A DNA stretch of 64,000 bases from an uncultured Propionibacteriaceae bacterium (GCA_902805915.1 CADCUO010000076.1:7807-71806); one strand, 5' to 3'; positions 18,596 to 28,947 are shown, counted from the stretch's first letter. A program made the numbers and translations. The notes: generated by a model from the letters alone, not told the origin.

Positions 18596-20256
18596 CAGGT
18601 ACGGCGGCGGGTACCGGATCGCCGCTGGGACGGCTTGACGACGACCTCACCGTCGGCGAGCATGCTGTCTCGGCGTCCAGCCGCGAAGCTGGCCAGAGCG
18701 TCGGCCAGTTCAACCACGGACGGCTTGGCGGAGATCACGTCGACCCGGAGGCCGTGTTCCTCGCAGGTATTCGCTGTGGCGGGACCGATGGCGGCGATGA
18801 TGGTCGAGGGGTGCGGCTTGCCGGCGATGCCGACCAGGTTGCGCACGGTGGAGGACGAGGTGAACACGACGGCGTCGAACTTGCCGGTCTTGATCGCCTC
18901 GCGTACGGCGGCTGCAGGTGGCGCAGCCCGCACGGTCCGGTACGCGGTCACATCCTCGACCTCCCAGCCGAGCTCCACCAGGCCGGCGATGAGCGTGTCG
19001 GTCGCGATGTCCGCGCGCGGCAGGAAGACCCGGTTGATGGGGTCCAGCACCTCGTCGTACGGAGGCCACTCGGCGGCGAGGCCGGCGGCTGACTGCTCGT
19101 GCTCGGGCACCAGGTCAGCGTCGATTCCCCAAGCCTGCAGGGCCTTTGCGGTTACGTCACCGACGGCCGCGACCTTCAGGCCGGAGAACGCGCGGGCGTC
19201 CAGGCCGTACTCCTCGAACTTCTCCCGAACTGCCCTGACGGCGTTCACCGAGGTGAAGGCCACCCATTCGTAGCGGCCCTCAACCAGGCCGCGGATCGCC
19301 TTGTCCATCTGCAGCGGGCTGCGGGGCGGCTCGACCGAGATGGTGGGGACCTCCTCGCTGTGCGCGCCGTAGCTGCGCAGTCGGGCCACCATCGGAGCTG
19401 CCTGGTCCTTGGTCCGCGGAACCAGCACCCGCCACCCGAACAGCGGCTTGGTCTCGTACCAGCAGAGCAGCCCACGTTGCGCGACGGCCTGGCCCATGAT
19501 CACGTGCACCGGGTCGGTGGCAGGAACCTTGGCTGATCGAACCGTCTCGGCCAGCACCGCCAACGTGCTCGGCAGGCTTATCTGCTCCGTGCTGCCGCCA
19601 TGGAAGGTGACCAGAACATGATCATCACCAGGACGACCCGCAGCCAGAGCGGCCCCGACCAGGTCGGGAACCATGGAGACGAAGGTGCTGACGACAACGG
19701 TAGAGGCGGTGCCCCACTGTCCGGTGGCGGACTTGGTGAACCGGCCGTCGGTCACCGAGGCGAAGTGCACGCCACCGCCATGGTTGAGGTCGATGCCGGC
19801 GTACTCGGGGACGGCGGTGAGGCTGGAGACGCCCGGAACGACCTCGAAGTCGATCCCGCCGCTGACACAGGCGGCGGCCTCATCGGCCACTGCGTGGTCC
19901 AGGAACGGGTCTCCGGAGACCAGTCGGACGACGCGCAGGCCAGCGGCCGCATGCTTGAGCACGATCTTGGCCCGGGCGGCCGGGGTCAGCTCCCTCCCGG
20001 CCTCGGACACGCCCAGCGTCATTACTTCGGCGTCCGCGGGTACGTTGATGGCGGGGTGGGCGAGGACCTCACGTTGCTCTTCGGTGTCCAGGATCACAGC
20101 GTTCGCGTCCGCCAGCGCTGCGATGGCGCCCAACGTCAACAGGTCGGGATCTCCGGGACCAGAACCCACGAAGATCACCCGCCCTCTGGTGACCGGCACT
20201 GACGGAGCGCTGGTCGAGGTAGAGGTACGGGACTTACGGACCGAAGAAGTGCTCAC
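18595..20256 (-). CDS. hemD: Fused uroporphyrinogen-III C-methyltransferase / synthase
   Basis: VGSGPGDPDLLT, VVPGVSS, VAFTSVNAV, FTSSSTVRN. Confidence 0.93.
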   Translation of the reverse strand: MSTSSVRKSRTSTSTSAPSVPVTRGRVIFVGSGPGDPDLLTLGAIAALADANAVILDTEEQREVLAHPAINVPADAEVMTLGVSEAGRELTPAARAKIVLKHAAAGLRVVRLVSGDPFLDHAVADEAAACVSGGIDFEVVPGVSSLTAVPEYAGIDLNHGGGVHFASVTDGRFTKSATGQWGTASTVVVSTFVSMVPDLVGAALAAGRPGDDHVLVTFHGGSTEQISLPSTLAVLAETVRSAKVPATDPVHVIMGQAVAQRGLLCWYETKPLFGWRVLVPRTKDQAAPMVARLRSYGAHSEEVPTISVEPPRSPLQMDKAIRGLVEGRYEWVAFTSVNAVRAVREKFEEYGLDARAFSGLKVAAVGDVTAKALQAWGIDADLVPEHEQSAAGLAAEWPPYDEVLDPINRVFLPRADIATDTLIAGLVELGWEVEDVTAYRTVRAAPPAAAVREAIKTGKFDAVVFTSSSTVRNLVGIAGKPHPSTIIAAIGPATANTCEEHGLRVDVISAKPSVVELADALASFAAGRRDSMLADGEVVVKPSQRRSGTRRRT

Positions 20257-20293
20257 TGGTGTGTTCTCACGTTCTTGTGTTAAGCCTCGCCAC

Positions 20294-21361
20294 TCAGTGA
20301 CAAGAGCGTTGTATGGCGTGCAGCTCGGACAGGCACCGGCTCGCTGCTTCTACCCCAAACTGCTCCGGATCAACACTCCATCCGTGCAGGTCCACACGCA
20401 TCGGGGGTCCACTCTTAGTCGGTTCCGACAAGTTGCTCACTAAGGTTCTCCCAATTACGGCGGCCAGAGTCAAATCGAGGCTTGTACCACGGACGGATTT
20501 GACAACCGCATGGGCACCCACCGGAGCGGTGCAGCCCGCCTCCAGCCGGGCCAAGAAGCCCCGTTCCACCTGGCATTCCGCTCGTGCCACTGGGGAATCG
20601 AGGCTCCGGATCACTTCCGCCAGGTCCCCGCCCAGGGACTCAGAGATCTCCAGGCCGAGCGCGCCCTGTCCGGGCGCCGGCAGCATCACCTCGTCAGTCA
20701 GCACCTCACCGACCAGATCACCACCCACCAGCACGACCGGCCCCAGCTCGGCCGGCCCTGGCTCGACCGGCCCTGGCTCGACCGGTTGCTCGGGCTCAGA
20801 CGGGGACTCCGGCTGGAGTCGTCCCAACCGACGAAGGCCGGCGGCGGCCAGCACCACCGCATCCACCTGCCCTGACCGCACCAGGTCGAGCCGGGTGTCG
20901 ACGTTGCCGCGGATGGGGACGATCTCCAGCTCGATTCCGTGCCGCTGTCCGTAGTCGGCCAGCTGCAGAGCCCGGCGGGGGGCGCCGGTGCCGATGCGTA
21001 CCGGATGGGAGGTGGCCGGGTCGCTCAGCTGGCCCAGCCGAAGGCCGATCAGCACGTCGCGGCTGTCCTCCCGCGGCGGCACGGCGGCGATCTCGAGACC
21101 GCGCTCGGCTGTGGTGGGAAGGTCCTTGAGCGAGTGCACCGCTACATCGATGGCGCCCGCGTGCAGCGCCTCGCGTACCGCGGTTGCAAACACCCCGGTG
21201 CCGCCGATCTCGGTCAGGTGCCGCCGGTCCACATCGCCCGTGGTGGTGATGCCCACGAACAGTGTCTCCACTCCGCTGTGCCGCAGCAGCGCCGCAACGT
21301 GGTCGGCCTGGGCCCGAGCCAGGGGAGAGGTGCGAGCCCCGATCCTGATCGGGTAGCCCAC
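20294..21361 (-). CDS. hemC: Hydroxymethylbilane synthase
   Basis: R.SPLA..Q, AVHSLKDLP, IRGNVDTR, PAPGQGAL, LEAGCTAP. Confidence 0.96.
   Translation of the reverse strand: MGYPIRIGARTSPLARAQADHVAALLRHSGVETLFVGITTTGDVDRRHLTEIGGTGVFATAVREALHAGAIDVAVHSLKDLPTTAERGLEIAAVPPREDSRDVLIGLRLGQLSDPATSHPVRIGTGAPRRALQLADYGQRHGIELEIVPIRGNVDTRLDLVRSGQVDAVVLAAAGLRRLGRLQPESPSEPEQPVEPGPVEPGPAELGPVVLVGGDLVGEVLTDEVMLPAPGQGALGLEISESLGGDLAEVIRSLDSPVARAECQVERGFLARLEAGCTAPVGAHAVVKSVRGTSLDLTLAAVIGRTLVSNLSEPTKSGPPMRVDLHGWSVDPEQFGVEAASRCLSELHAIQRSCH
20735..20791 (-). repeat. 15-bp coding tandem repeat, about 3.8 copies, inside hemC
   Basis: GACCGGCCCTGGCTC-like units encoding EQPV-EPGPV-EPGPA-ELGPV. Confidence 0.75.
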
Positions 21362-22635
21362 TAGCGCTGGACTTCCGGCGACATCACCGCTGCGACGGCG
21401 TGCGGGTCGAGGGCGAACAGCTCGCGCAGGGCTGCGGCGTAGTCGACTGACTCCGGGTCGGTCGCCAGCTCCTGCACCCGTACCGTCGGCTGGTGGAGCA
21501 GTTTGTCGACCACGCGGCGGACCGTCCGATACACCTCGTCGCGCTCGGAGGCGTCGAGGTGGGGCAGCCGCGCGTCGAGCCGGGACATCTCCGCGGCCAC
21601 GACGTCGGAAGCCATGGTGCGCAGCGCTACCACGGTCGGTGCCACCTGGGCCGCCCGGCGTAGTCCCAGGAAGTCCTGGACCTCACCTCGGACCACCTCA
21701 CGGGCAGCCTCGACCTCTGCTGCGCTGGCCGGGTCGATCTGGTCACTGACCAGCCGGTCCAAGTTGATCAAGGTGATGCCCAGGTCGGTGACGTCGTCAA
21801 AGACGTCGGCCGGCAGAGCCAGATCCACGATGCCGCGGACTGCGGTACCCCGCAGCCGAGCGGCACCGATCAAGATGTCCTTGGCGCCGGTGCAGGTGAC
21901 TACGATGTCGGCATCCGCCAGCGCCGCGTCCAGCTGGTCGAACGGGACCGCGGTGGCGCCAATGCTGTCGGCCAGTAGCTGCGCCCGCTCGAAGGTGCGG
22001 TTGGCGCAGATCACCTCGGCTCCAGCCGCCGAAGCGGTCCGAGCGGCGAGGCCGGCCATTGCGCCGGCGCCGACCACGAGCACGCGGCGGCCGTCGAGCG
22101 GGCCGCACTGGCGCGTCAACAGCTCGTACGCGGCACTGACCAACGATCTGCCGGCCGATCCGATGGTGGTTTCGGTCTGGACCCGCTTTCCTACCCGGAT
22201 CGCCTGCTGGAACAGGGAGTTGAGCAGCGTACCGACACTCCCCTGCGCCTGGGCGTTGCTAAGGGCGGTCTTCACCTGGCCGAGGATCTGGCTCTCCCCC
22301 ACGACCATCGACTCCAGTCCGGAGGCAACGGCGAACGTGTGCGCGACCGCGCCCTCGTCGAAGTGGACCGAGCACATTTCCTGCAGCTGCGCGACTCCCA
22401 AGCCGGTGAAGTCGGACAGGGTCGTGGTGACATCCTGCACCCCCCCGTGGAACCGGGACACGTCCGCGTACAGCTCTGTCCGGTTGCACGTGGACAGCAC
22501 CACCGCCTCGTCCACGTGCTCGGAGGTGAGCATGGCGTCGGCCAGCTTGGCCGCTGTTGGGGCGTCCATCGCCACCCCGGCCAGGACGTCCACTGCGGTG
22601 GTCTTGTGCGACACACTGACGACCAGGATGCTCAT
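21361..22635 (-). CDS. hemA: Glutamyl-tRNA reductase
   Basis: STCNRTE, SGLESMVVGESQILGQV, GAGAMA, ANRT. Confidence 0.97.
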   Translation of the reverse strand: MSILVVSVSHKTTAVDVLAGVAMDAPTAAKLADAMLTSEHVDEAVVLSTCNRTELYADVSRFHGGVQDVTTTLSDFTGLGVAQLQEMCSVHFDEGAVAHTFAVASGLESMVVGESQILGQVKTALSNAQAQGSVGTLLNSLFQQAIRVGKRVQTETTIGSAGRSLVSAAYELLTRQCGPLDGRRVLVVGAGAMAGLAARTASAAGAEVICANRTFERAQLLADSIGATAVPFDQLDAALADADIVVTCTGAKDILIGAARLRGTAVRGIVDLALPADVFDDVTDLGITLINLDRLVSDQIDPASAAEVEAAREVVRGEVQDFLGLRRAAQVAPTVVALRTMASDVVAAEMSRLDARLPHLDASERDEVYRTVRRVVDKLLHQPTVRVQELATDPESVDYAAALRELFALDPHAVAAVMSPEVQR

Positions 22636-23369
22636 GGCCTCGATCCCCCTTGTTCGATCAGGAAAGTCCCTGCTGGCTCACGCGGTACGTCATCGGACTT
22701 GCGCTGTTCGTGATACGCCAGGATCTGAAGCTCCTGGCCGAGATCGACCTTGCGTACGTTGACGCCGTCGGGTACAGCCAGCACGGTGGCGGCGAAGTTC
22801 AAGATGCTGGTCACCCCCAGATAGACCAGTCGGTCGGCGACCGCCTGGGCCGCCTCCGCCGGAGTGGCCAGGACAGCAATCACCGCGCCGGTCCGGGGCA
22901 CCACCTCCTCCAGGTCCGCCAGGTCGGTGATCGCTACCCCGTTGATCCGCTTCCCGATCAACGCCGGCGACGGGTCGACCATGGCGACGATCCGGAACCC
23001 TCGCGAGGTGAACCCGGAGTACTTGGCCAGAGCGGTACCCAGGTTGCCGAGACCGACGATGATGACCGGCCACTCGTTGGTCGACCCCACCTCGCGGCCG
23101 ATCTGGAAACGGAGGTACTCCACGTCGTACCCGACGCCGCGAGTGCCGTACGAGCCGAGGTAGGACAGGTCCTTTCGGAGCTGCGCCGAGTTGACCCCAG
23201 CGGCTTCAGCAAGGGAGCCGCTGCTGATGGTGTCGATGCCGCGGTCGGCGAGGCTGGTGAGGGCACGCAGGTACACCGGTAGCCGGGCGATGGTGGCTTC
23301 CGGAATCGACACACTGGACTCCCGCGGCGAGTCGGCCGTGGTTGAGCGAGGTTGAGCTGGAGGCAACAT
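22632..23369 (-). CDS. rex: Redox-sensing transcriptional repressor Rex
   Basis: IPEATIARLPVY, QLRKDLSYLGSYGTRGVGY, GLGNLG, ILNFA. Confidence 0.97.
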   Translation of the reverse strand: MLPPAQPRSTTADSPRESSVSIPEATIARLPVYLRALTSLADRGIDTISSGSLAEAAGVNSAQLRKDLSYLGSYGTRGVGYDVEYLRFQIGREVGSTNEWPVIIVGLGNLGTALAKYSGFTSRGFRIVAMVDPSPALIGKRINGVAITDLADLEEVVPRTGAVIAVLATPAEAAQAVADRLVYLGVTSILNFAATVLAVPDGVNVRKVDLGQELQILAYHEQRKSDDVPREPAGTFLIEQGGSRP

Positions 23370-23427
23370 CTCTCCTGGGCACTCGATCCGGCGGATGTCT
23401 CCGGGTCAACATGCCCACTTTAGGAGT

Positions 23428-23445
23428 TTGTGAACGCCCGCACAA
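23428..23445. promoter_or_regulatory. Rex operator (ROP)
   Basis: TTGTGAACGCCCGCACAA versus consensus TTGTGAA-N4-TTCACAA, upstream of the rex-hem operon. Confidence 0.8.
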
Positions 23446-23459
23446 ACGCTGCCGAGGGA

Positions 23460-23795
23460 TCAGTCGACGTGGAAAACCTCGGTGACGGGCGCCCACCATT
23501 CGCCCTCCGCGACCGAGTCGAACGGCTGCTGCTGAGGGTCGGTAATCCGCCACCATTCCTGCGTTGCGGGATCGGCCGCCATCAGTGCCTGGTCCGCGGC
23601 ATAGTCGCTGCCGTGGTACTCGAAGTAGGCGAACAGCAGGTTCTCCGGCTCGCGGAGGAAGATGGAGTAGTTCGCGATGTTGCAGCGCGCGATCGTGGCC
23701 AACACCTCGGGCCAGACGGCCGCGTGCAGGTCTTTGTACTGCTGGATGTGCTCGGGCTTGATCTTGACGATCTGCGCCATCCGCTGCATCGTCAC
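23460..23795 (-). CDS. rhaM: L-rhamnose mutarotase family protein
   Basis: Y..LHAAVWPEV, I.NYSIF, LFAYFE, TQEWW, EVFH.D. Confidence 0.88.
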   Translation of the reverse strand: MTMQRMAQIVKIKPEHIQQYKDLHAAVWPEVLATIARCNIANYSIFLREPENLLFAYFEYHGSDYAADQALMAADPATQEWWRITDPQQQPFDSVAEGEWWAPVTEVFHVD

Positions 23796-23842
23796 ATCCC
23801 TTCTTGGGCGTTGGCCTGTTCAGTGTCTGGTGCGGAGAGGCG

Positions 23843-24088
23843 TCAGCCGGTGAGGGCGCGGTAGAGGCGGTCGGGGTCGACGCGCCAGTAGTCGTGCTGG
23901 GCACCATCCACGAACGTGACCGGGACCTGGTCGGTGTAGAGCCGGGTGAGCTCAGGATCGGATGAGATATCTTCCTCAACCCAGTCGTCACCGGTCCGCG
24001 CGCAGACGGAACGGATGATGGTGATCGCGTCCTCGCACAGATGACAGCCGGGTCGGGTGAGTACGCGTACCCGGGGCTGGATGGTCAT
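23843..24088 (-). CDS. Glutaredoxin-like protein (DUF836-type)
   Basis: TRPGCHLC, VPVTFVDG, WRVD. Confidence 0.9.
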   Translation of the reverse strand: MTIQPRVRVLTRPGCHLCEDAITIIRSVCARTGDDWVEEDISSDPELTRLYTDQVPVTFVDGAQHDYWRVDPDRLYRALTG

Positions 24089-25596
24089 GGTCGTACCGCC
24101 TTTCCCGATGAAGCGGTGAGCATCCTGCGCAGCGCTCCCTTCTGAATCTTGCCGGTAGCTCCGCGAGGGAGATCGTCGACGAGTCGGACCTCGCTCGGCC
24201 GCTTGAACTTCGGCAACACAGCTGCGCAGTGGTCATGCACCGTCTGCGGGTCGAGGTTGCGACCGACGACGAGCGCTACGACGTCATCCCCGCGCGCTCC
24301 ACCGGGGCGACCCAGAACTGCCACGGCGGACACCCCCGGTACGCCGCTGATGACGTTCTCGATCTCGGCTGGATAGACCTGGAAGCCGTGCACCACGATC
24401 AGGTCGCGTGCTCGGTCGACCAGGAACAGCTCACCGCTGCGCACATAGCCGATGTCGCCGGTGCCGAACCAGCCATCGGCGTCTGGGCCGCCGTTGCCGC
24501 GAGGCCAGTAGCCAGAGAAGAGGTTCTCTCCGCGGACCCAGATCTCCGCCGGCTCGGAGTCGTCTTGGCCGTCGCCGATGCGTACCGTCACTCCCGGCAG
24601 GACCCGTCCCACGTGACCCGGACCCAGGACCTCCCCGCCCAGGGTGGCTGCAACGCCTGGGCTGGCCTCGGTCAGGCCGTACCCCTGGTCCACCCGCAGG
24701 CCGGTGCGCTGGGTGAACTCGGCCGCCAGCGAGCTGGGCAGCGGCGCCGCACCCGAGACCACCGTACGCACGCTGCTCAGGGCAGTCCCAAGCTGATCAT
24801 GGTGAAGCATCCGGTAGAGCAGCGCCGGTCCCAGCGGCAGGTTGTCCACCTGCTCGGCGACGATCACGTCGAACAGGTCGTCGGCGAAGCTGTCCATGAT
24901 CACCAGGGTCGCGCCGGCCATCGCCCAGGTACCGACGACAGCGTTGAGACCGAAGATGCCGAACATCGGCAACAAGGCCAGCGCCACGGTGTCGGAGTGC
25001 ACGACGTCAAGCGGCTCAATGTGCTCCAGGTGCGCCAGCAGCGCCCGGTGGGTGAGCATCACCGCCTTCGGTTCGCCGGAGGTGCCGGCGGTGTAGACCA
25101 ACGCAGCAAGGGCTTCCCGGTCCTGCGGCGAGGTGATCGGTCCAGATCCTTGCGTGCTCAACGCAGCCAGCGAGGCACTGTCCAGCGGCAGCACCACAAC
25201 CCCGTCGGCCTCAAGCACAGTGGCACTCAGCAACACCCGGACGCCGCAGTCTGCCAGTGCCGCACGAAGATCATCATCTGCACTACCCGGGTTGAGCGGC
25301 ACAACGACGAAACCTGCGCGGAGCACAGCGAAGTAGGCAACCACGAACTCAATGGAGTTGGGGCCGCAGAGCGCAACCCGATGTCCAGCCACCAGTCCGT
25401 GAGCGGCGAGGCCGGCCGAGACCTTGTCGATCATGGAGTCCAGCTGCGCCCAGGTCATGGTGCGGCGCTCGGGCCGGGGCTGCACCAGCGCGACCCGGTC
25501 CGGCGTCAGCTGTGCCTGCTGACTGACCAGATGGGCGAGGTTGCTAGTGGCGCGACGGTGCGCCTTGCCAACCCCACTCCCATGCGCTCCGTGCAC
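24085..25596 (-). CDS. AMP-binding acyl-CoA synthetase
   Basis: YTAGTSGEPKAV, QGYGLTEASP, TGDIG, PRGATGKI. Confidence 0.92.
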   Translation of the reverse strand: MHGAHGSGVGKAHRRATSNLAHLVSQQAQLTPDRVALVQPRPERRTMTWAQLDSMIDKVSAGLAAHGLVAGHRVALCGPNSIEFVVAYFAVLRAGFVVVPLNPGSADDDLRAALADCGVRVLLSATVLEADGVVVLPLDSASLAALSTQGSGPITSPQDREALAALVYTAGTSGEPKAVMLTHRALLAHLEHIEPLDVVHSDTVALALLPMFGIFGLNAVVGTWAMAGATLVIMDSFADDLFDVIVAEQVDNLPLGPALLYRMLHHDQLGTALSSVRTVVSGAAPLPSSLAAEFTQRTGLRVDQGYGLTEASPGVAATLGGEVLGPGHVGRVLPGVTVRIGDGQDDSEPAEIWVRGENLFSGYWPRGNGGPDADGWFGTGDIGYVRSGELFLVDRARDLIVVHGFQVYPAEIENVISGVPGVSAVAVLGRPGGARGDDVVALVVGRNLDPQTVHDHCAAVLPKFKRPSEVRLVDDLPRGATGKIQKGALRRMLTASSGKAVRP

Positions 25597-25654
25597 AGAT
25601 CGAGTCTCGCACAGCAGCGGCCAACTGGCATGGCGTGACGGTTACTGTGGAAGC

Positions 25655-26572
25655 ATGAGCGCGTCCGGCCGTCTGGGCCCAGCCGAGGTCGGCCGGATGC
25701 TGCCCGAGACCGAGGAGGAGCTCCTCGAGCCGAGCGGTGAGCCAGGAAAGGTCGGCCCGGGCGAGCTGCCGAAGGCCGATGGCGCGCTGATCCAGGCGGA
25801 CGCTCGGGCAGCCGCCTTCTTCGACCTGGACAACACGGTTATCCAGGGCGCATCGATGTTCCATCTGGCTAAGGGCCTGTACCGGCGCGGCTTCTTTCCG
25901 ACCCGGCTGATCTTCAAGGGCTTGTGGCTGCAGGCGTACTTCCGGATTGTCGGTCGTGAGAACCCCGCCCACATCGAGGACGCCCGCAACGCAACGCTGG
26001 CCTTCATCCAAGGCCACACCGTGGCCGAGCTGGAAGAGGTCGGCAGCGAGATCTATGAGGAGTCCATCGCCCGTCGGATCTGGCCCGGCACCCGCGCCAT
26101 CGCACAGATGCATCTCGACGTCGGGCAGCAGGTGTGGCTGGTGACCGCCGCCCCACTCGAGGTCGCGTCGATCATCGCCCAGCGACTAGGCCTGACGGGT
26201 GCCCTCGGTACCACGGCCGAGCACCTGGAGGGCGTCTACACCGGTCGGCTTCGCGGTGAGCTGCTGCATGGCGCTGCCAAGGGGGAGGCGGTCCGTTCCC
26301 TGGCCCATACCCATGGCCTGGACCTGGCCCGTTGCTTTGCCTACTCCGACTCGTTCAACGATCTCCCGATGCTGTCGCTAGTCGGCCATCCGTGCGCCAT
26401 CAACCCTGACCACCGGCTGCTGGAGTATGCCGAGGAGAACGACTGGCAGGTCCGGGACTACCGCAGCGGACGCCGGGCGGTCCGGCTCGGTCTGCTCGGT
26501 GCGGGCTTCGCCGGCGCCGGCGCCGGGGCTATCTCCGCGGGGCGCTTTGTCCATCGCCGCCTCAGAGGCTGA
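25655..26572 (+). CDS. HAD-IB family hydrolase (SerB1-like)
   Basis: AFFDLDNT, WLVTA, AYSDSFNDLPML; -10 TACTGT 6 nt before ATG 25655. Confidence 0.9.
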   Translation: MSASGRLGPAEVGRMLPETEEELLEPSGEPGKVGPGELPKADGALIQADARAAAFFDLDNTVIQGASMFHLAKGLYRRGFFPTRLIFKGLWLQAYFRIVGRENPAHIEDARNATLAFIQGHTVAELEEVGSEIYEESIARRIWPGTRAIAQMHLDVGQQVWLVTAAPLEVASIIAQRLGLTGALGTTAEHLEGVYTGRLRGELLHGAAKGEAVRSLAHTHGLDLARCFAYSDSFNDLPMLSLVGHPCAINPDHRLLEYAEENDWQVRDYRSGRRAVRLGLLGAGFAGAGAGAISAGRFVHRRLRG

Positions 26573-26592
26573 CTGCAAGGCCTCAGGGCTGG

Positions 26593-27555
26593 CTAGAAGA
26601 AGGTGCTGCGTCGTTGCATCAGCAACGAGTACAGGGTGTGCTGGATGGTCTCGCGCACCTGGTTGGTGACGTTGAAGACCACCATCGGATCATCGGCTGC
26701 GCCTGGCGGTAGCTCGTCCGTGGCGATGGCCTCACCGAACTGGATGATCCACTTGCTGGGCAGCGGGATGAACCCGAGCGCCCCGAACCACGGGAACAAC
26801 GGGGTGACCGGGAAGTACGGCAGTCCCAGCGCCCGAGCCAGGACAGGCAGGTTGGAGATCAGCGGGTAGATCTCCTCCGAGCCGACGATGGAGATCGGGT
26901 TGATCGGCACCTGAGCCCGGATGGCCGCCGACACGAAGCCGCCGCGGCCGAAACGTTGCAGCCGGTAGCGGTCGGTGTACGGCTTGCCGAGGCCCTTGAA
27001 CCCTTCCGGGAACACGGCCACCAGCTGGTCGGCGGCCAGCAGCCGTTCTGCGTCCTGCTGGCAGGCCAAGGTGGACCCGGTCTTGCGCGCCAGGTCGGAG
27101 GTGAACGGGGTGGCGAAGATCAAATCAGCGGCGAGCAGCCGCACGTGCCGGGCCAGCTCGTCGTACACCACAGTCTGCAGGACCATCCCGTCCAACGGCA
27201 GCGTGCCGGCATGGTTGGACACCAACAGGGCCGAACCGGTCTCGGGGACGTTCTCCATCCCACGGACCTCGACCCGGAACCAGCTCTGCGCCAGCGGCCG
27301 CAGCAGCGGCAGGAACACCCGGGTGGTGAACTCGGGGTCGAAGCCGAACTCATCGACGCTGTAGCTTCCATGCAGCCGGGAGCGGAGGAATGCCACAGCA
27401 TCGTTGAGCGGTTCCTCCCAGTCCACACCGAACTCCGTCAGCGTCTGCGACGCCATCGCCACGAACTCCTCCAGCAGCCTCGCGAAGTCGAACGTGGACG
27501 GCGCACCGGGTGGGCGCCTGGGCTGTGCTGACTGGATGATTTCCGCCCCGCTCAT
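26593..27555 (-). CDS. Lysophospholipid acyltransferase family protein
   Basis: LVSNHAGTLPLD, VFPEG, FGRGGF. Confidence 0.9.
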   Translation of the reverse strand: MSGAEIIQSAQPRRPPGAPSTFDFARLLEEFVAMASQTLTEFGVDWEEPLNDAVAFLRSRLHGSYSVDEFGFDPEFTTRVFLPLLRPLAQSWFRVEVRGMENVPETGSALLVSNHAGTLPLDGMVLQTVVYDELARHVRLLAADLIFATPFTSDLARKTGSTLACQQDAERLLAADQLVAVFPEGFKGLGKPYTDRYRLQRFGRGGFVSAAIRAQVPINPISIVGSEEIYPLISNLPVLARALGLPYFPVTPLFPWFGALGFIPLPSKWIIQFGEAIATDELPPGAADDPMVVFNVTNQVRETIQHTLYSLLMQRRSTFF

Positions 27556-28580
27556 CTGCGGGCCTGGGGGGCCAACAGCGAGGCAAGGGAGTCAAGGGCG
27601 CGGTCCACCCGCTGCTCCGCCAGCAGCCCCGGCTGCGCCAGCGCGACGAACTCCTCCAGCGCCTGACGCGAGGAGTAGCGGGGACGGAAACCGGTGACCT
27701 CGGCGATGCGGCTGCAGTCCATGCCTCGACCGTACGTCAAGGCGTCAATCTGGTCGGGAGGGAACTCCAGCAGCCCGGCGTGGCGAGCCACTCCGGCCAG
27801 CGCCGGAGCGAGCCGCTTCGGGACTCCGATGGGTGGCCGCCCCATCATCCGTAGCGCCTGGGACAGGGGCACCACATCGTCGGCGCCTACGTTGAAGGTC
27901 CCCGGAACATCACTGCGGGTGACGGTCAGCAACGCCTCGACCGCATCGACCGGATGCAGGAACTGCAGCCGGGCGTCGAAGCCCAAGACCTTGGGGACCA
28001 CCGGGAGGGAAAGGTAGCGAGCGATCTCGCTGTCCACGCCGGCGCCCATCAGGTGCGCCAGCCGCAGCGTGGTGACCACCACGTCCGGTCGGCGGCGAGC
28101 TAGGCCGCGTAGGTAGGTCTCGATCTCGACCGAGTCCTTGCCGAAGCCCGTCTGCGGCGGAGCCTGCGGAGGTGTCTCCTCGGTGTACTTCACCGGGTCG
28201 CGGGGCGATGCGCCGTAGACCGCGGCCGAGCTCTGCAGCACCAGCTTGCGGACCGACTCGGCCCGCTGGCAGGAAGCCAGCAGCTGCATGGTACCGACGA
28301 CGTTGATCTCCTTCATCGTCGACCGGCCGCCAGCCGAGCCTGGTGTCGCCAGCGTGGCCATGTGCACGACCGTGTCGACCTGGGAGCCGAGGATGACCTT
28401 GGAGATGGCGGGGTTGCGGATGTCCGCCCGGACGAAGTTCACCGCCCCGAGCTCGTGCCGCGGTGGGGCCACATCGACCCCGATTACGTCGATGTCGCCC
28501 TCGGCGGCCAGGGCGCGCGCGAACCGGGCAGAAAGATCTCGGGAGACCCCAGTCACCAAGACGACCTGCGCCATGCCCAC
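27552..28580 (-). CDS. NAD-dependent epimerase/dehydratase (GalE2-like)
   Basis: VLVTG, KEINVVGTMQLL, SSAAVYG, GFDARLQFLH. Confidence 0.88.
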   Translation of the reverse strand: MGMAQVVLVTGVSRDLSARFARALAAEGDIDVIGVDVAPPRHELGAVNFVRADIRNPAISKVILGSQVDTVVHMATLATPGSAGGRSTMKEINVVGTMQLLASCQRAESVRKLVLQSSAAVYGASPRDPVKYTEETPPQAPPQTGFGKDSVEIETYLRGLARRRPDVVVTTLRLAHLMGAGVDSEIARYLSLPVVPKVLGFDARLQFLHPVDAVEALLTVTRSDVPGTFNVGADDVVPLSQALRMMGRPPIGVPKRLAPALAGVARHAGLLEFPPDQIDALTYGRGMDCSRIAEVTGFRPRYSSRQALEEFVALAQPGLLAEQRVDRALDSLASLLAPQARR

Positions 28581-28606
28581 CCGAGTGCCTCGCCGGTTAA
28601 GAGACC

Positions 28607-28708
28607 TTACTTACCCGCCCGACGACGCTGGATGCGCGTACGCTTCAACAGCTTGCGGTGCTTCTTCTTTGCCATCCGCTTACGGCGCTTCTTGATGACC
28701 GAACCCAC
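28607..28708 (-). CDS. 30S ribosomal protein bS22 (33 aa, absent from the ORF track)
   Basis: Hand translation: [33 protein letters not shown]; SD GGAGAGG. Confidence 0.95.
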
Positions 28709-28947
28709 TATTTTCGACCTCTCCACATTCCCAGCAAGATCGTTGCTCGGACACTCGTGTTACCAGAAAAGATAGGGACCGGCCTGACTGGCCGGGCAAG
28801 CACGAGATGTTACCCGCCGGAGCGGCGTCGGCGCGAATCCTGGGCCCTGTCGGCTCCGCCTCGATCAGTGGGCTGACATGATGGGTGCCCGCATCAGCTT
28901 GCACTCGCTGGCCAATGACCTGCCCCTCGAGAGGCCTCACCAGACCC

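Noticed and set aside
28729-28812. Structured r-protein leader upstream of bS22
   Set aside because: Only two short hairpins; the longer CTCGTG / CACGAG pairing would extend upstream of the probable TSS. Unsupported without covariation data.
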